Source of the DNA: Candidatus Margulisiibacteriota bacterium
Lineage (GTDB): Bacteria > Margulisbacteria > Marinamargulisbacteria > SXXA01 > SICP01
Reading direction: 5' to 3'
Assembly (NCBI GenBank): GCA_009691415.1
Contig: SICP01000002.1
Span: 36,547-100,546 of the forward strand
DNA length: 64,000 bases
Shown here: piece by piece, positions 31,001 through 40,400 of the stretch
Layout: every line of letters begins with the position of its first letter
Numbering within the stretch: the stretch's first letter is position 1
The notes under the pieces: generated by a model
The model's database searches: none
Told to the model about the DNA's origin: nothing
What the model saw: only the letters and a program-made list of their open reading frames with translations
Position numbers and translations under genes: made by a program

Positions 31001-34000
31001 AGAGGTCTATCTGTTGACCTCTCCACCCTTAAATCAGAAAGCACCACTTTTCAAGGTAACGGCACTATCCTTAAAGGAACAAAATATGCAGCCCTTTTCA
31101 ATGGTGGAAACGTCGGAATTGAAACAATCTCTCCAAACGCTACATTACAAATTCAACCGAAAGATACTATTACCTCCCTACAAATCGACACCAAAACACA
31201 GGCCGGCACAGTCATCACCAAAGCTCTCATGGTCAATACCAGTGGAAATACTAGCATCGGCGCAACCTCAAACACCAAACTAACCCTTAAGCTATTAAAC
31301 ACAACGTCATCAGACTCCACCCTACTGATCACAGATTCAAACAAAAACTCCCTTCTCGCTCTCAAAAATAACAATAGAATCGGCATAGGAAATGTAGCAC
31401 TTACCACCGAATTTAATGTGGCTGACCCAATCAAAGCCAAAACACATACAGCACGAACATTGCTCGCAAATACACTCACCATCAACACCGATAAATTAGT
31501 CGTTCTAACCAACGGAAATGTGGGCATTGGTAATACAAATCCTCAAGCTCAACTCCATCTGATTCAAAAACTCACCCGACAACCTGCCTCCAACTTTATT
31601 ATAGAAAACTTAGGCCTTACGGTTGGAGGCACTCCCCTTAGAACAACGTTAACAGGACTCGCGTTAACAATTACATCCAATGCTTACAATTTATTAGGAT
31701 TCGAGAACACACCAAATAAAGGAACCGGCATTAAATTTTCTGCAACTTCTTTGGCACTCGCCACAACATCCACTTTAGTAGGTATCAACGTTAATGTACC
31801 AAAAGGCACCAGCTCAAACAGTACATTAATCAGAGGAGGAAACGTAGGGATAGGAATAACCAATCCAAGCGCCACACTCCATATCGCAGGCACATTAAAA
31901 GTAAGCGGAAATATTCTTCAAACAACAACTGGAAACCTGTCTATTCCTGGAGTAACCGCAAATAAATTAACATCAACCGGAAGAAATACATTTAACACGT
32001 TTAAAGTCCGTGGCTCAGTAAAAAAAGTAGTGATTACAAATAGATTAATTATTAAAGAATCTTCTGTTTCTCTTCTACAAAAAGCCCCCACCACAAATTT
32101 CATTTTATTAAAAAGCAAGACGCTTGCTCGCTTTACACAAGCATCAACAGGAACAAGCAACATCCCATCAAAAAGCGTATTCAATATCGCTGCTCAATTA
32201 CCAACACAAACAGCTATGACACTTCAAAAAGGAACCGTTATAGCAACAAACATGTCCACACTTACGACAAACCGAGGACTCGTAACACTCACGCATGATA
32301 GTTCATTAGATACACCCCCAATACCCGCGTTAAAAATCGGAACAACCGTAACCCCAAATGCACTATTCGTCAGTAATACGGGACAAGCCAGCGTCGGAAC
32401 CTCTTCAAGCCTTGCAAAATTAACAATCATAGAAGGAAGTGCACGATCAACAGCAAAAGCACTCTTAATTACAAGTTCTGCTGGATCCCCTTTATTAACA
32501 GCACTCAACAACACAACAATAGGCTTAGGAACAAAAACTCCGGAAGCCTTAATCCATATCGTAGGTCAAAGTACCCAGCCTAAAGTTCTAAAATTAGCTT
32601 CATCCGTTTCTGAAAACATATTAACCATGCTAGCAAACGGTGCCATTGGCATTGGCATAACTGCCCCCGATAGCGCGCTACAGGTTCAAGGCACATTCAA
32701 AGTTTCATCAGTAAGTACCCCCAATCTTATTTCTGTATCTAATGCAGGAAACGTAGGAATTTGGAAGACCGCAACCGCAAACTATCCTCTCTATCTTGAC
32801 CAAAATATGCGACTAGGAAACAGCACCGACGGAACACTTCCTAAGTATTTTAGGGACCAGTCTAGAAAAAACAGAGGCTTTATTACACAGACTGGCAGTA
32901 ACCACACATTCTTTGGACTTAGAGAAACAGTCACCGGAAATAGCAACTACGCTCCAGTCATTTATTGGGGAAGCAGCAATACAGATGCCTTAACATTCGA
33001 AACCAGCGCCGGACTTGAAGCTGCCAGATTAATCAATAAATCGGTAAGTATCGGCGGCATCATACCAAGTGCAACATTACATATCAGCAATATCAATAAT
33101 ACCACCGCAGCACTACTCACCTTAAAAACTGCAAAACTACCCAATCTACTTACTGTCACAGCAAATGGCTCAATAGGGATTGGAATCGCGCCAACAATTA
33201 ACGCCGATGTCTTTGTCTCAGGATCCATCAAAGCCAAAGGCCTCAAACAACCACCAGGAGGTACAGAATTAACAGCGCCTACTATTAACATCGTCAATTC
33301 AACAACAACCTATTCAAGTTTTTCAGTATCCTCAAATATCCTGTCAGATCATGCGCAAACAGCAGAAGCTATAACTCTTCAACTTGATAAAGATTCTACA
33401 GGAACCTTGATTGGAAAAAGCATAACGTTGTTATCATCTGTTACACAAAACAACGTAAACAAACTCGCTACGACACAACACGGACTACGTGTAGATATAA
33501 GCAATCTTTTTATCGACAAAAATCCAACATTTGGAGACAATATCGCACAAAAATTTGCAGCTGCTTTTAAAGGAGGCAATGTAGGTGTAGGCACAAAAAC
33601 ACCCAAAACAACGTTTGAAGTAACTACCAGAAAAAACGCGCCTGGCAATATCGCTAGTTTCCGAGCAACCCCCAACATCATCCCTGGTGGTAGCACTCCC
33701 GTAAAACAAGCTGATCTCACCTTCACAAGCTACGCCACAGTCAATATTTCCGGACAAAAATTATCTGTCCCTACAGACTCCTTTAAAACCATCGCATACA
33801 CACTAAAAAATGGCCAACTCTTTAATGGCGGCAACACATTCTACGTAACAGACGACATCGCAAAAGATATCATGTCAAAACTTATCCAAAGTAACATCAT
33901 TGACCCCACTACTAGAAACGTACTCCAAACAACTAAAGCGGCCCTGATCACGGCGATTGGTACAGGTTCATCTCCCGGATATTTTAGAGACTACATCACC

Positions 34001-35449
34001 ACAAAAAATGTCTTATCTATTCTCTTACCCTTCATCGAAAAACACACCATTGTTCTGCAACATACAGATCTTAGTAGCGCAGCAACTAGTTACAACGTAC
34101 TAAGTTTTAGCTCAGGACTCGTAGCAAGAAGACCCAATATTGATAGTCCCGTCAATACAACCAAATTATTACAAAACGCCTTTAAATTTTCGGGCAGCGT
34201 GGGTATTGATGTTAAAAAAATTGATATACCGTCACAAAACACCACACTAACCGTCAGTGGCAATATTAGGATCGGTACCATCTTCAATACTTTTAGCGTA
34301 GAACCCGTCGCGGTTGGACCTAGTCTTCGATTCTCTGGTGGTTACCTAGTCAGCGACACAGCCCCTAATAGTGACAACAAAGAAGCGTTTTCTATACTTC
34401 GCAACAATATTGAAGACGGAATCTCTCAATTACGTATCACAGTCGGAGCAGAAAGCACCAGACCAAATGCACTATTCACTGTTGGATATAATACAAAAGG
34501 ACGCACTACAGAATTCAGTGGCGGCTCTTGGAAAAATGTACTCAATGTTCTCGCAACACAAAATGGAACAACTCCTGTTGAACGCGTTGGCATAGGAACA
34601 ACAACACCACGGGCTACGTTACATATTGTAGGAACAGGCAGTTTTAACGAGCTTACTGATACCCCCACAAATATCGCCAAAACCGCACTGGCTCTATTCG
34701 AAAACCAATCCTCTTCTGGCGCACAAACATTAGCTATTAAAAATAGTACAGAGGCTGGACTAACCTCAGAAGCCAATTTTATTACCTTCCTAAGTTCAAC
34801 CACCAATACCAGTACAATAGCGACATTGGGATCTATCGAAGGAAATACAGACGGTGGCGTCAAATTTACATCCCCTGAGGGAGACTATGCAGAGTACATT
34901 CTTAAAGAGAATCCCCAAGAAAATTTAGAGCCCGGAACCGTTGTCGGTATTCATAAAGGCACTATCAGTAAAAACACACAGGGCGCTGATCAAATCATGG
35001 TCATCAGTTCCTCACCTATTATAGTTGGAAACGCAACCAAAGAAACACATAAAAACAGTGCTATGGTTGCCTTCCTAGGACAAGTGCCCATCAACGTCAC
35101 AGGAACAGTGAACGCGGGAGATCTTCTCATCGCATCTGGTCAAAATGACGGCTTAGCCATTGCCCTGTCTGCCAACAAAATTACAGCCTCTCAAATCGAT
35201 CTTATTCTGGGTCGCGCTTGGGAAAGTTCAGACCAAGTAACTGTTAAATCTATAAAATCAGCGATCGGATTTTCTTATGGATTACAAATTTTTGGAACCC
35301 AATTGTCAAGCATAAAAACAATGACATCCAATGTAAAAACCCTACAAAAAGAACTCGCACAAAAACGAAAAGACTCCCTAGAAATACTCGAAAAACGTCA
35401 GAATAAAATCAACCTATTAAAAGAAAAAATAGGGACGGCCATCCCATGA
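25076..35449 (+). CDS. giant secreted fibre-like repeat protein, 3457 aa (GTG start)
   Basis: Uninterrupted 10.4-kb ORF with signal peptide MKRKLLLTLLTWLILFATAEFAQV. A degenerate repeat architecture is punctuated more than 30 times by G-N-V-G-I-G-T-x-x-P-x-x-x-L-x-V. There is an SxAxG-rich block around 26860..27200. It is T/N/S/G-rich. The C-terminal module carries a GDYAEY motif and a terminal coiled coil. It is a paralogue of the gene at 37426..47187. Confidence 0.85.
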   Translation: MKRKLLLTLLTWLILFATAEFAQVTFTFKGSLMRADKTFINGTYNNVKVGIYSDVDESVADVWSEIQNGVVFETGRFSILVGNVDPVANPLRIRTFNINLPHLGFTINGSEFFIPFTSTPYSMRTKVAEKTSAVSAQYIVGTFTKPVAIKSTLTITSGNTTLLKTTALSQVGIGKDNPLTKIVNGKTVAAAQLDVNGPVNSSSGFKLNGIDIARTLSWKQNAPITKNIYYASGNVGIGLQNPQYALDVQGTLNATQLLLKGKRLSAGLDWQHEVNASQNLYFKTEADNRVGIGRVDPQQSLDVNGSIAVSSNITDQTTPLRGMIRMSPTSNEIQGFRDNQWIQLTGLRGQGQKNQISFFTNKFVLSGYTPFSWKSQTNLLGIGTTSPLSQLHLVKTETLAPSLYIQTATNLPLLVVTSNGNIGVGTSNPNQKLVVKGTLNSEQLTVNGLDLSLAVSNSSVWILNKQSSLFYKLGNIGIGKIDPNSPLTIAQRVNHPDEDPAITFRQNSGNSYTMGISSKRPDIFRVERGDKLNTTTPLFVMKNYSFGTGLTDPLALLHVSGNEGAVFNGKFFGVIDETFPDVDSAGKPILPQVVQEGEGTRFIWHPLRAVLRAGTVTGNQWNNINLGKFSVAFGLNNTASGNFTTILGGKNNLATGAYSTILGGENNKAMGDFSLASGYRAKALHHGSFVWGDRSGTALSTIALNQFLVKVSNGVGIGTALTSIEGKKSTLTIKKVTPSGNIFQIVGKNLATDIFQVSTSGNAIIGSRSRTTAGLSVMGKTQFGNKQVPPTINSFLTISSESPTQAIWISNSNEDINTTPNFILTSSGNLGTNIIPLPDVITKFKNGTVQIGRGGILGNSYELPDGTKIGTKATEVWGLDAAPNVYFTTGNVGIGTTRPTSLLTISNVASKLFQSPKNPAITFSKNTTHYILGIENNVPDTLKMLSGYDLAQPSKLAFKYSENTLGRIGVGTENPRTVFHVNNPAILGKRVSIATTNTNVKYNLITGSASFRPLFLDKQFMSASGTPWTTTRNFSLYFTNGKIGIGTTAPTVALSIAGNIKATAVRIKDAFTVKETATLIRLDFLNPDGISLKLGVSASKLRLGDISISDILSRGNNTAQTKGPLLLWQSANIIGDTNLIWSSDSAPPHQTGTLTSTKNIRIPTTLTKTNSFQQTTLVQVGSANITNVLNVASDLTHNGNFSNSESHASQKITVNLEPGNWADPINTTQPIFTGLDIRIVNKANLSGATNFTTQAQAIGLNIDVSKINTQQTGEPGFNFAALFNGNVGINTFPSPTTPTRAILDIKGTVQADSFIISKRLSISTLNVTGDTLTIKQTRPIKIGNPKPTNPIYDLLVQGTVQATNGIIGTLESGALNAANGALLVNTSGQIGIGTTAPEGTFHIKKLFTTTTGRDYFANRVHSTVDILENPKKLTENLTGLGLNLNTKTNNKVGTPQTPQTATGLSINLSNMTSNDNGTVIGISSKTNKTKNQTKSAIFSGGNVGIGVTQPTDTLVVVGTIRAKAVDNTRLLTQQEAASFNRLVVTSNALFKGHVTANAIFATTIITKTDQLTINGSILLPSIALTIQETPGLLISRALSITANTKINALSLNEKLVGTAATFNKLTLTNSLTTTTLNILSLQASASIELNAAQANLNSHTIIASGKVGISITDATERLAIASDKKESTIFRAQNLSATKNTAAGILLVPDIKSDQNTGSGIAAIKVTAAGSNSPGSELAFITDPINGSPTERARLTQIGNFVIGTKNASSTLYVNQTSLIQGAATFNTKVTTKTLASASDIIIKKTTVFNNPTEISTLLTQKPIQIKLATLGTVTSGTSALSPSASEKLIYKTILDDNSVVASDITSLVTGSVGRLPYYNSSHRLTDNTSLTWATQNISSIPYSTLVIGKVSSGSMAIVTTFKNTLTGTPTAEDIQLTFKDRTSDISTFGERKFYGMQIIASKNTNASVAPGETARGLSVDLSTLKSESTTFQGNGTILKGTKYAALFNGGNVGIETISPNATLQIQPKDTITSLQIDTKTQAGTVITKALMVNTSGNTSIGATSNTKLTLKLLNTTSSDSTLLITDSNKNSLLALKNNNRIGIGNVALTTEFNVADPIKAKTHTARTLLANTLTINTDKLVVLTNGNVGIGNTNPQAQLHLIQKLTRQPASNFIIENLGLTVGGTPLRTTLTGLALTITSNAYNLLGFENTPNKGTGIKFSATSLALATTSTLVGINVNVPKGTSSNSTLIRGGNVGIGITNPSATLHIAGTLKVSGNILQTTTGNLSIPGVTANKLTSTGRNTFNTFKVRGSVKKVVITNRLIIKESSVSLLQKAPTTNFILLKSKTLARFTQASTGTSNIPSKSVFNIAAQLPTQTAMTLQKGTVIATNMSTLTTNRGLVTLTHDSSLDTPPIPALKIGTTVTPNALFVSNTGQASVGTSSSLAKLTIIEGSARSTAKALLITSSAGSPLLTALNNTTIGLGTKTPEALIHIVGQSTQPKVLKLASSVSENILTMLANGAIGIGITAPDSALQVQGTFKVSSVSTPNLISVSNAGNVGIWKTATANYPLYLDQNMRLGNSTDGTLPKYFRDQSRKNRGFITQTGSNHTFFGLRETVTGNSNYAPVIYWGSSNTDALTFETSAGLEAARLINKSVSIGGIIPSATLHISNINNTTAALLTLKTAKLPNLLTVTANGSIGIGIAPTINADVFVSGSIKAKGLKQPPGGTELTAPTINIVNSTTTYSSFSVSSNILSDHAQTAEAITLQLDKDSTGTLIGKSITLLSSVTQNNVNKLATTQHGLRVDISNLFIDKNPTFGDNIAQKFAAAFKGGNVGVGTKTPKTTFEVTTRKNAPGNIASFRATPNIIPGGSTPVKQADLTFTSYATVNISGQKLSVPTDSFKTIAYTLKNGQLFNGGNTFYVTDDIAKDIMSKLIQSNIIDPTTRNVLQTTKAALITAIGTGSSPGYFRDYITTKNVLSILLPFIEKHTIVLQHTDLSSAATSYNVLSFSSGLVARRPNIDSPVNTTKLLQNAFKFSGSVGIDVKKIDIPSQNTTLTVSGNIRIGTIFNTFSVEPVAVGPSLRFSGGYLVSDTAPNSDNKEAFSILRNNIEDGISQLRITVGAESTRPNALFTVGYNTKGRTTEFSGGSWKNVLNVLATQNGTTPVERVGIGTTTPRATLHIVGTGSFNELTDTPTNIAKTALALFENQSSSGAQTLAIKNSTEAGLTSEANFITFLSSTTNTSTIATLGSIEGNTDGGVKFTSPEGDYAEYILKENPQENLEPGTVVGIHKGTISKNTQGADQIMVISSSPIIVGNATKETHKNSAMVAFLGQVPINVTGTVNAGDLLIASGQNDGLAIALSANKITASQIDLILGRAWESSDQVTVKSIKSAIGFSYGLQIFGTQLSSIKTMTSNVKTLQKELAQKRKDSLEILEKRQNKINLLKEKIGTAIP
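25777..34640 (+). repeat. array of degenerate protein-level repeats in giant gene 1 marked by the ggaaaYgtNggNatYgg (G-N-V-G-I-G) signature
   Basis: Examples at 25777, 26338, 26497, 27739, 29578, 31108, 31513, 31843 and 32749. The units are diverged at nucleotide level, so these are not identical tandem DNA repeats. Confidence 0.7.
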
Positions 35450-35973
35450 ACGAAAAACATATCCATTCCGAACAAATTTATAAGGGCCGTATTATAAATC
35501 TGAAAAAAAATACGGTACTCCTTACCAATGGAAAAACCGCCACCAGAGAAATTGTTGAGCACGATCCCGCAGTCGTTATCATCGCCTACGATACAAATAA
35601 AACAATTCGGCTAGTCAAACAATACCGCACCCCCGTACAACAAGTTCTACTCGAAGCCCCTGCCGGAATAATTAATAAAGGTGAGCTTCCTCTCAACGCA
35701 GCTAAACGAGAATTACAAGAAGAGACAGGCCTCACCGCAACACAGTGGACCTCCTTAGGCGAAGCCTACCCTGCCCCAGGATTTTGCAATGAATACCTTT
35801 ATTTTTTTCTTGCACAAGACCTTCAGCAAGGGCCACCAAATCCAGATGAAGATGAATTTTTAGAACAGGTAACACTCTCAATGCCAGAATACAAACACCA
35901 CATCCAAACAAAACAAATTATCGATGCCAAAACCATTATGTCTTTTTTTTACATAAAGGAGCACGGATTATGA
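35446..35973 (+). CDS. NUDIX hydrolase (ADP-ribose pyrophosphatase-like)
   Basis: Nudix box GIINKGELPLNAAKRELQEETGL. 175 aa. ATGA overlap with the stop of giant gene 1. Confidence 0.85.
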   Translation: MNEKHIHSEQIYKGRIINLKKNTVLLTNGKTATREIVEHDPAVVIIAYDTNKTIRLVKQYRTPVQQVLLEAPAGIINKGELPLNAAKRELQEETGLTATQWTSLGEAYPAPGFCNEYLYFFLAQDLQQGPPNPDEDEFLEQVTLSMPEYKHHIQTKQIIDAKTIMSFFYIKEHGL

Positions 35974-36839
35974 AAAACCATATGCCCGCATTTTTTCACT
36001 ATCTCTCCTATGAAAAAAGAGTCTCTCCCAACACCATAACTGCATACAAACAAGATCTCACACAGTTTTTTGAACGCCACTCAGAACTCTCAGGAAATAC
36101 CATTTCTCAGTTTATAGCAGACCTAACACAACACGGTTACAAAAATGCATCCATCACACGCAAAACATCTTCTCTTAAAACATTCACAACATTTCTCTAT
36201 CGAGAAAAATATATACCCACCCATCCCATCGCACTTTTAACACGTCCGAAACATGAGAAACGCCTCCCAACAATACTACATTCACACGAAATTAATGCTA
36301 TATTGAATACCTCGTCTGATCATACTAAAACCCCACTGAGAGATACCGCGCTAGTCGAAATACTTTATGGATGCGGACTTAGAATTACAGAATGTCTAAA
36401 TATCAAACTCACCGACATCAACAACGCTCAACAAACCTTACTTGTAACAGGAAAAGGGCAAAAACAACGTCGACTACCTATTGGCACCAAAGCCCATGAA
36501 GCCCTTACAACCTACATCAAAAACGAACGTCCCTTGTTAGAAAAAACCAATCCATCGGACTATCTCTTTATCACGCGCTCCGGAAAAAAATTATCCAGAC
36601 AAAACAGCTTCAACCGCATCAAAGCTCTCGCCAAACAAGCATCTATAACCAAAAAAATGAGTCCTCATACCCTTAGACATACCTACGCCACCCATTTGCT
36701 AGACGGCAACGCAACGCTTCTAGAAGTACAATCTCTCCTCGGACACAGTCACATAACAACAACCCAGCTCTATACAAAAGTTTCTACAAAGCGTCTCAAA
36801 GAAAGCTATTACCAAGCACACCCGAGGGCATTAGCATGA
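35970..36839 (+). CDS. xerD: tyrosine site-specific recombinase XerD/XerC-like
   Basis: 289 aa. N-terminal SAM-like core-binding domain (LSYEKRVSPNTITAYKQDL). Catalytic residues sit in GLRITE (R), HTLRHTYAT (H-x-x-R) and LGHSHITTTQLYTKV (H, Y). ATGA overlaps at both ends. Confidence 0.9.
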   Translation: MKNHMPAFFHYLSYEKRVSPNTITAYKQDLTQFFERHSELSGNTISQFIADLTQHGYKNASITRKTSSLKTFTTFLYREKYIPTHPIALLTRPKHEKRLPTILHSHEINAILNTSSDHTKTPLRDTALVEILYGCGLRITECLNIKLTDINNAQQTLLVTGKGQKQRRLPIGTKAHEALTTYIKNERPLLEKTNPSDYLFITRSGKKLSRQNSFNRIKALAKQASITKKMSPHTLRHTYATHLLDGNATLLEVQSLLGHSHITTTQLYTKVSTKRLKESYYQAHPRALA

Positions 36840-37429
36840 TTATAGCCATCAGCATTCTCTCGCTTCTCATAGCCGTTATCTTCCATGAAGTAGCCCATGG
36901 TTATGTAGCCTATCGATTTGGAGATCCCACAGCCAAACTTCAAGGACGAATTAGCCTCAACCCACTTGTTCACATTGACTGGTTAGGCTCTATTATCTTG
37001 CCAGGCATCCTTATCCTTTCGGGAGCTCCATTTCTAATAGGATGGGCAAAACCGGTACCCATCAACCCCAATTATTTTCAAAATCCTCTCCGGGACATGA
37101 TGTGGGTAGCCATCGCAGGGCCACTAACAAATATCACGATAGCCCTCTTTGCCAGCACAGTTTTAAAATTCCATCTCAACAGTGTTCTCGACTATTTTTT
37201 AGTCGTTTCAATTAGTATTAATATCGTACTTGCACTCTTCAATCTTTTCCCCATCCCACCGCTTGATGGATCTCGGATACTCATGTACATAGCCCCAAAA
37301 TCCATCCAACACTTTTTAACATCCATAGAGCCTTACGGGTTTGTTATTCTATTTTTCTTAGTCTATCTCAACGTTTTTCAGAAGATCTTGCCGTTTCTAA
37401 TCCACCCCATATTGGAGGCACTATTATGA
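36836..37429 (+). CDS. site-2 protease family (M50B) integral membrane zinc metalloprotease, 197 aa
   Basis: HEVAHGYVAYRFGD (HExxH) in TM1, LNPLVHIDWLGS, and the ...FNLFPIPPLDGSRIL motif typical of M50B proteases. ATGA overlap with the start of giant gene 2. Confidence 0.8.
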   Translation: MIIAISILSLLIAVIFHEVAHGYVAYRFGDPTAKLQGRISLNPLVHIDWLGSIILPGILILSGAPFLIGWAKPVPINPNYFQNPLRDMMWVAIAGPLTNITIALFASTVLKFHLNSVLDYFLVVSISINIVLALFNLFPIPPLDGSRILMYIAPKSIQHFLTSIEPYGFVILFFLVYLNVFQKILPFLIHPILEALL

Positions 37430-40400
37430 AATGCAAGTTTTTCCAGAAAAGACTCGATATGAAAAATAAGAAAATCAAAAAAAATAAGGGTATAATTGTG
37501 AAAACACTCATGAAAACAAAAACGTTAATCACCCAAGCCCACCTATGGATAGCTATCCTCTTCCTAACTTTGCTTACATCTGTGAGCTTTGCGACTACCC
37601 CAATGGTCTTAACATTTCAGGCTACCCTAGCCAGACAACAAGGAGGACTTATTCAAGGAAGAAACAAAGTAACGATTGGAATATATCCGGGAAATTCAAT
37701 TGAACCCACCTGGATTGAGCCTCACAATAACGTACTCTTTATCAACGGTAGTTGCAGTATCATTCTGGGAAATATACAACCGCTTACCCCAGACCATCTC
37801 AATGTTCCAAATCCTCGCTTCGGACTAAAAGTGGGTAACACTTCACAAATTGCCTATTTTCCTGTTCCATCAACCCCGTATTCCATACAATCTAAACTAG
37901 CTGACAGTGCACTCTCCGTTTCAGCCAACAATATTTCAGGAACCTTCACAAATCCAGTTAGGATTAACGCAAACCTAACTGTAGGCGACACAACCCTATA
38001 TGCCAATCCAACCACAGGAAAAGTAGGTATCGGGACTACCGCCCCCACTTACAAACTGGATGTTGCAGGAATCATTAATGCAACCGGATTTAAAATTAAC
38101 GGCATCGACTTAGAATCTTCATTATCTTGGCAAAAAAAAGCCAATAACGCTCTATACTACACACAAGGAAACGTCGGAATAGCAACACAAAATCCAAAAA
38201 CACGTCTAGAAGTCGCTGGGACCATCAATGCACAAGAAATACGAATCAAAGGCGTTGAACTCTCAATCCTACTTGCCACTCAACTTGCCTGGCGTGAAGG
38301 TGCTAGACCTAAAGACATCTATTTTAATGACGGTACTCAAGAAGGCAATGTAGGAATTGGCACATCGATACCACGATCAAAACTAGATGTTGCTGGAGCT
38401 ATTCGCGTAGGAGAAGCCCAAAGTAACACACTGGGAAGCATTCAATATAAAAACAATGATTTCCAAGGATTTACAAAAACAGGATGGACTTCTTTTGCCT
38501 CTCTATCCGGTATCGGCGCAGCTAATCAAATTCCTTTCTGGACAAATTCCACAGAACTTTCCGGAAGCACTAATTTAGTCTGGGATCGCACACGAAATAG
38601 ATTAGGCATTGGAACAAATAACCCTACAGCACAACTCAGCATGACTGCCATTGACGCCAATCGTGCACTTGTACGCATCGACAATTCATTAGGGAAAACA
38701 CTATTTTATGTAGGCAGTCAAAATGTTGGGATTGGAACATCAACCCCAAATAGCAAACTAACCGTAAAAGGAGTCGTTGATGCGGAAGCCTATCTCGTCA
38801 AAGGGGTTCCTATCGCACAAGCCCTGTCTTCAAACTCATTTTGGGTTTTCCAAAACGATGGACGTATTTACTATGATAAAGGCAACGTGGGAATTGGCAC
38901 AATAAATCCTAAAAATCTTTTAGAACTAGCCGCAGCCCCATCACGAGACCCCATCATTACATTTGATATTGCAAGCAACCCCGCTTTCAGTTTAGGTATA
39001 TCAGCATCAAATCCAAATGCCTTCATATTAGGAAAAGGAGGGGATCTCAAAAACCCAATTTTTGTTTTTAATGGCAATAAAATTGGCGTAGGTCTCACCT
39101 CACCGAGCGCCAATTTACATGTGAGTGGAAACAGCGGCGTTCTTTTCACAGGAACACTAAATAATGGAACTCCCCTTGGCTTAAAAGGTGAAGGCACACG
39201 ACTCGTTTGGCACCCAGGAAAAGCCGCATTTAGAGCAGGTTATGTTAATAGAAAACAATGGGATGAAGAAAATATTGGTCTGTATTCTGTAGCAATGGGA
39301 TATAATCCCTCAGCCAATGGACTTGCATCGGTAGCAGCGGGTGGTTACGAAAGTGATGCAGGCGGAAATTATGCAGTGGTTGCCGGTGGATTCAAAAATA
39401 AGGCAAAAGGTATCCATAGTTTCGCTGCAGGGCACCAAGCATTAGCTCTCCATGCCGGATCATTCGTATGGAGTGATTATTCTCCAACTGCATCAGAAAC
39501 AAGCTTTAAATCAGTAATGTCCAACCAATTTGTTATACGTGCTACAAATGGTGTCGGTATTGGAACAAACCTAACAGCAGGAAATGGGCTCACTGTTGCA
39601 TCAGATTTTAATGACACTTATATCGTAAATGCACTAAAACCAGATGGAACAAGCGCCATGATCATCAACGTATCAGGCAATGTTGGATTGGGAACAACCG
39701 ATCCAGGAATCGCTAAACTTGCTGTCATGAACGGAAAAGTTGGGATAGGAACAACCACACCGATCGCGCAATTAACTCTATCGGGAAGTACACCTGACGG
39801 ATTCCAATTTGTCGCTTATAAAAAAACAGGAGTACCCGCATTCTTTATAAAAAACGACGGCAGAATCGGAATCGGAAAACCTCTAAACTATGTATTCGCT
39901 GATGACATCTATTTGGCTATTTCAGGCGCTATTGTAGGCAATGCCTTTGCCATACAAAATCCAAATGGAAGTCAGACACAGTTAGAAAGTAATCCAGGAT
40001 CACCTTGGGCCATCCCTTCTGAAAATCTTAACAGCACTTTCTTCAATAAAGGCTTTGTAGGAATAGGAACAAAAGCACCTGCAAGTCTTCTGGAATTGTC
40101 CAACGCCGCCTCATCAACTCGAAATCCAGTCATTACATTCGACACAGATGGCGTCAAAAGATTTAGTTTAGGTACAACTGCAAATGTATTTACTATTCAA
40201 AAAGGTGGCACTATCAATAGTAAAAACCCACTTTTCGCACTCACAGATAATGGTAACGGGGGTGGTGGCGTTGGCATTGGCATTGGTTACAAAACCCCCA
40301 GCGCCTCTCTACATGTCAGTGGCAATTCTATGTTTACCAGTAAAGTCGTCATTGCCACAACCAATACCACGCAGATCTATGACTTAACTGTAGAGGGAGC

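Noticed and set aside
34771-35449. C-terminus of the giants as a T9SS C-terminal sorting domain or as a peptidase S74 intramolecular chaperone
   Set aside because: The proteins end in a heptad coiled coil, not a beta-sandwich CTD. I could not find the SDxRLK / GFIAQEV hallmarks of S74. Both assignments are therefore left open.
35970-36839. XerD-like recombinase as the integrase of a prophage or integrative element
   Set aside because: There are no phage, conjugation or plasmid genes nearby and no flanking direct repeats or tRNA. The gene is translationally coupled to neighbours on both sides. It resembles XerC/XerD-type housekeeping recombinases.
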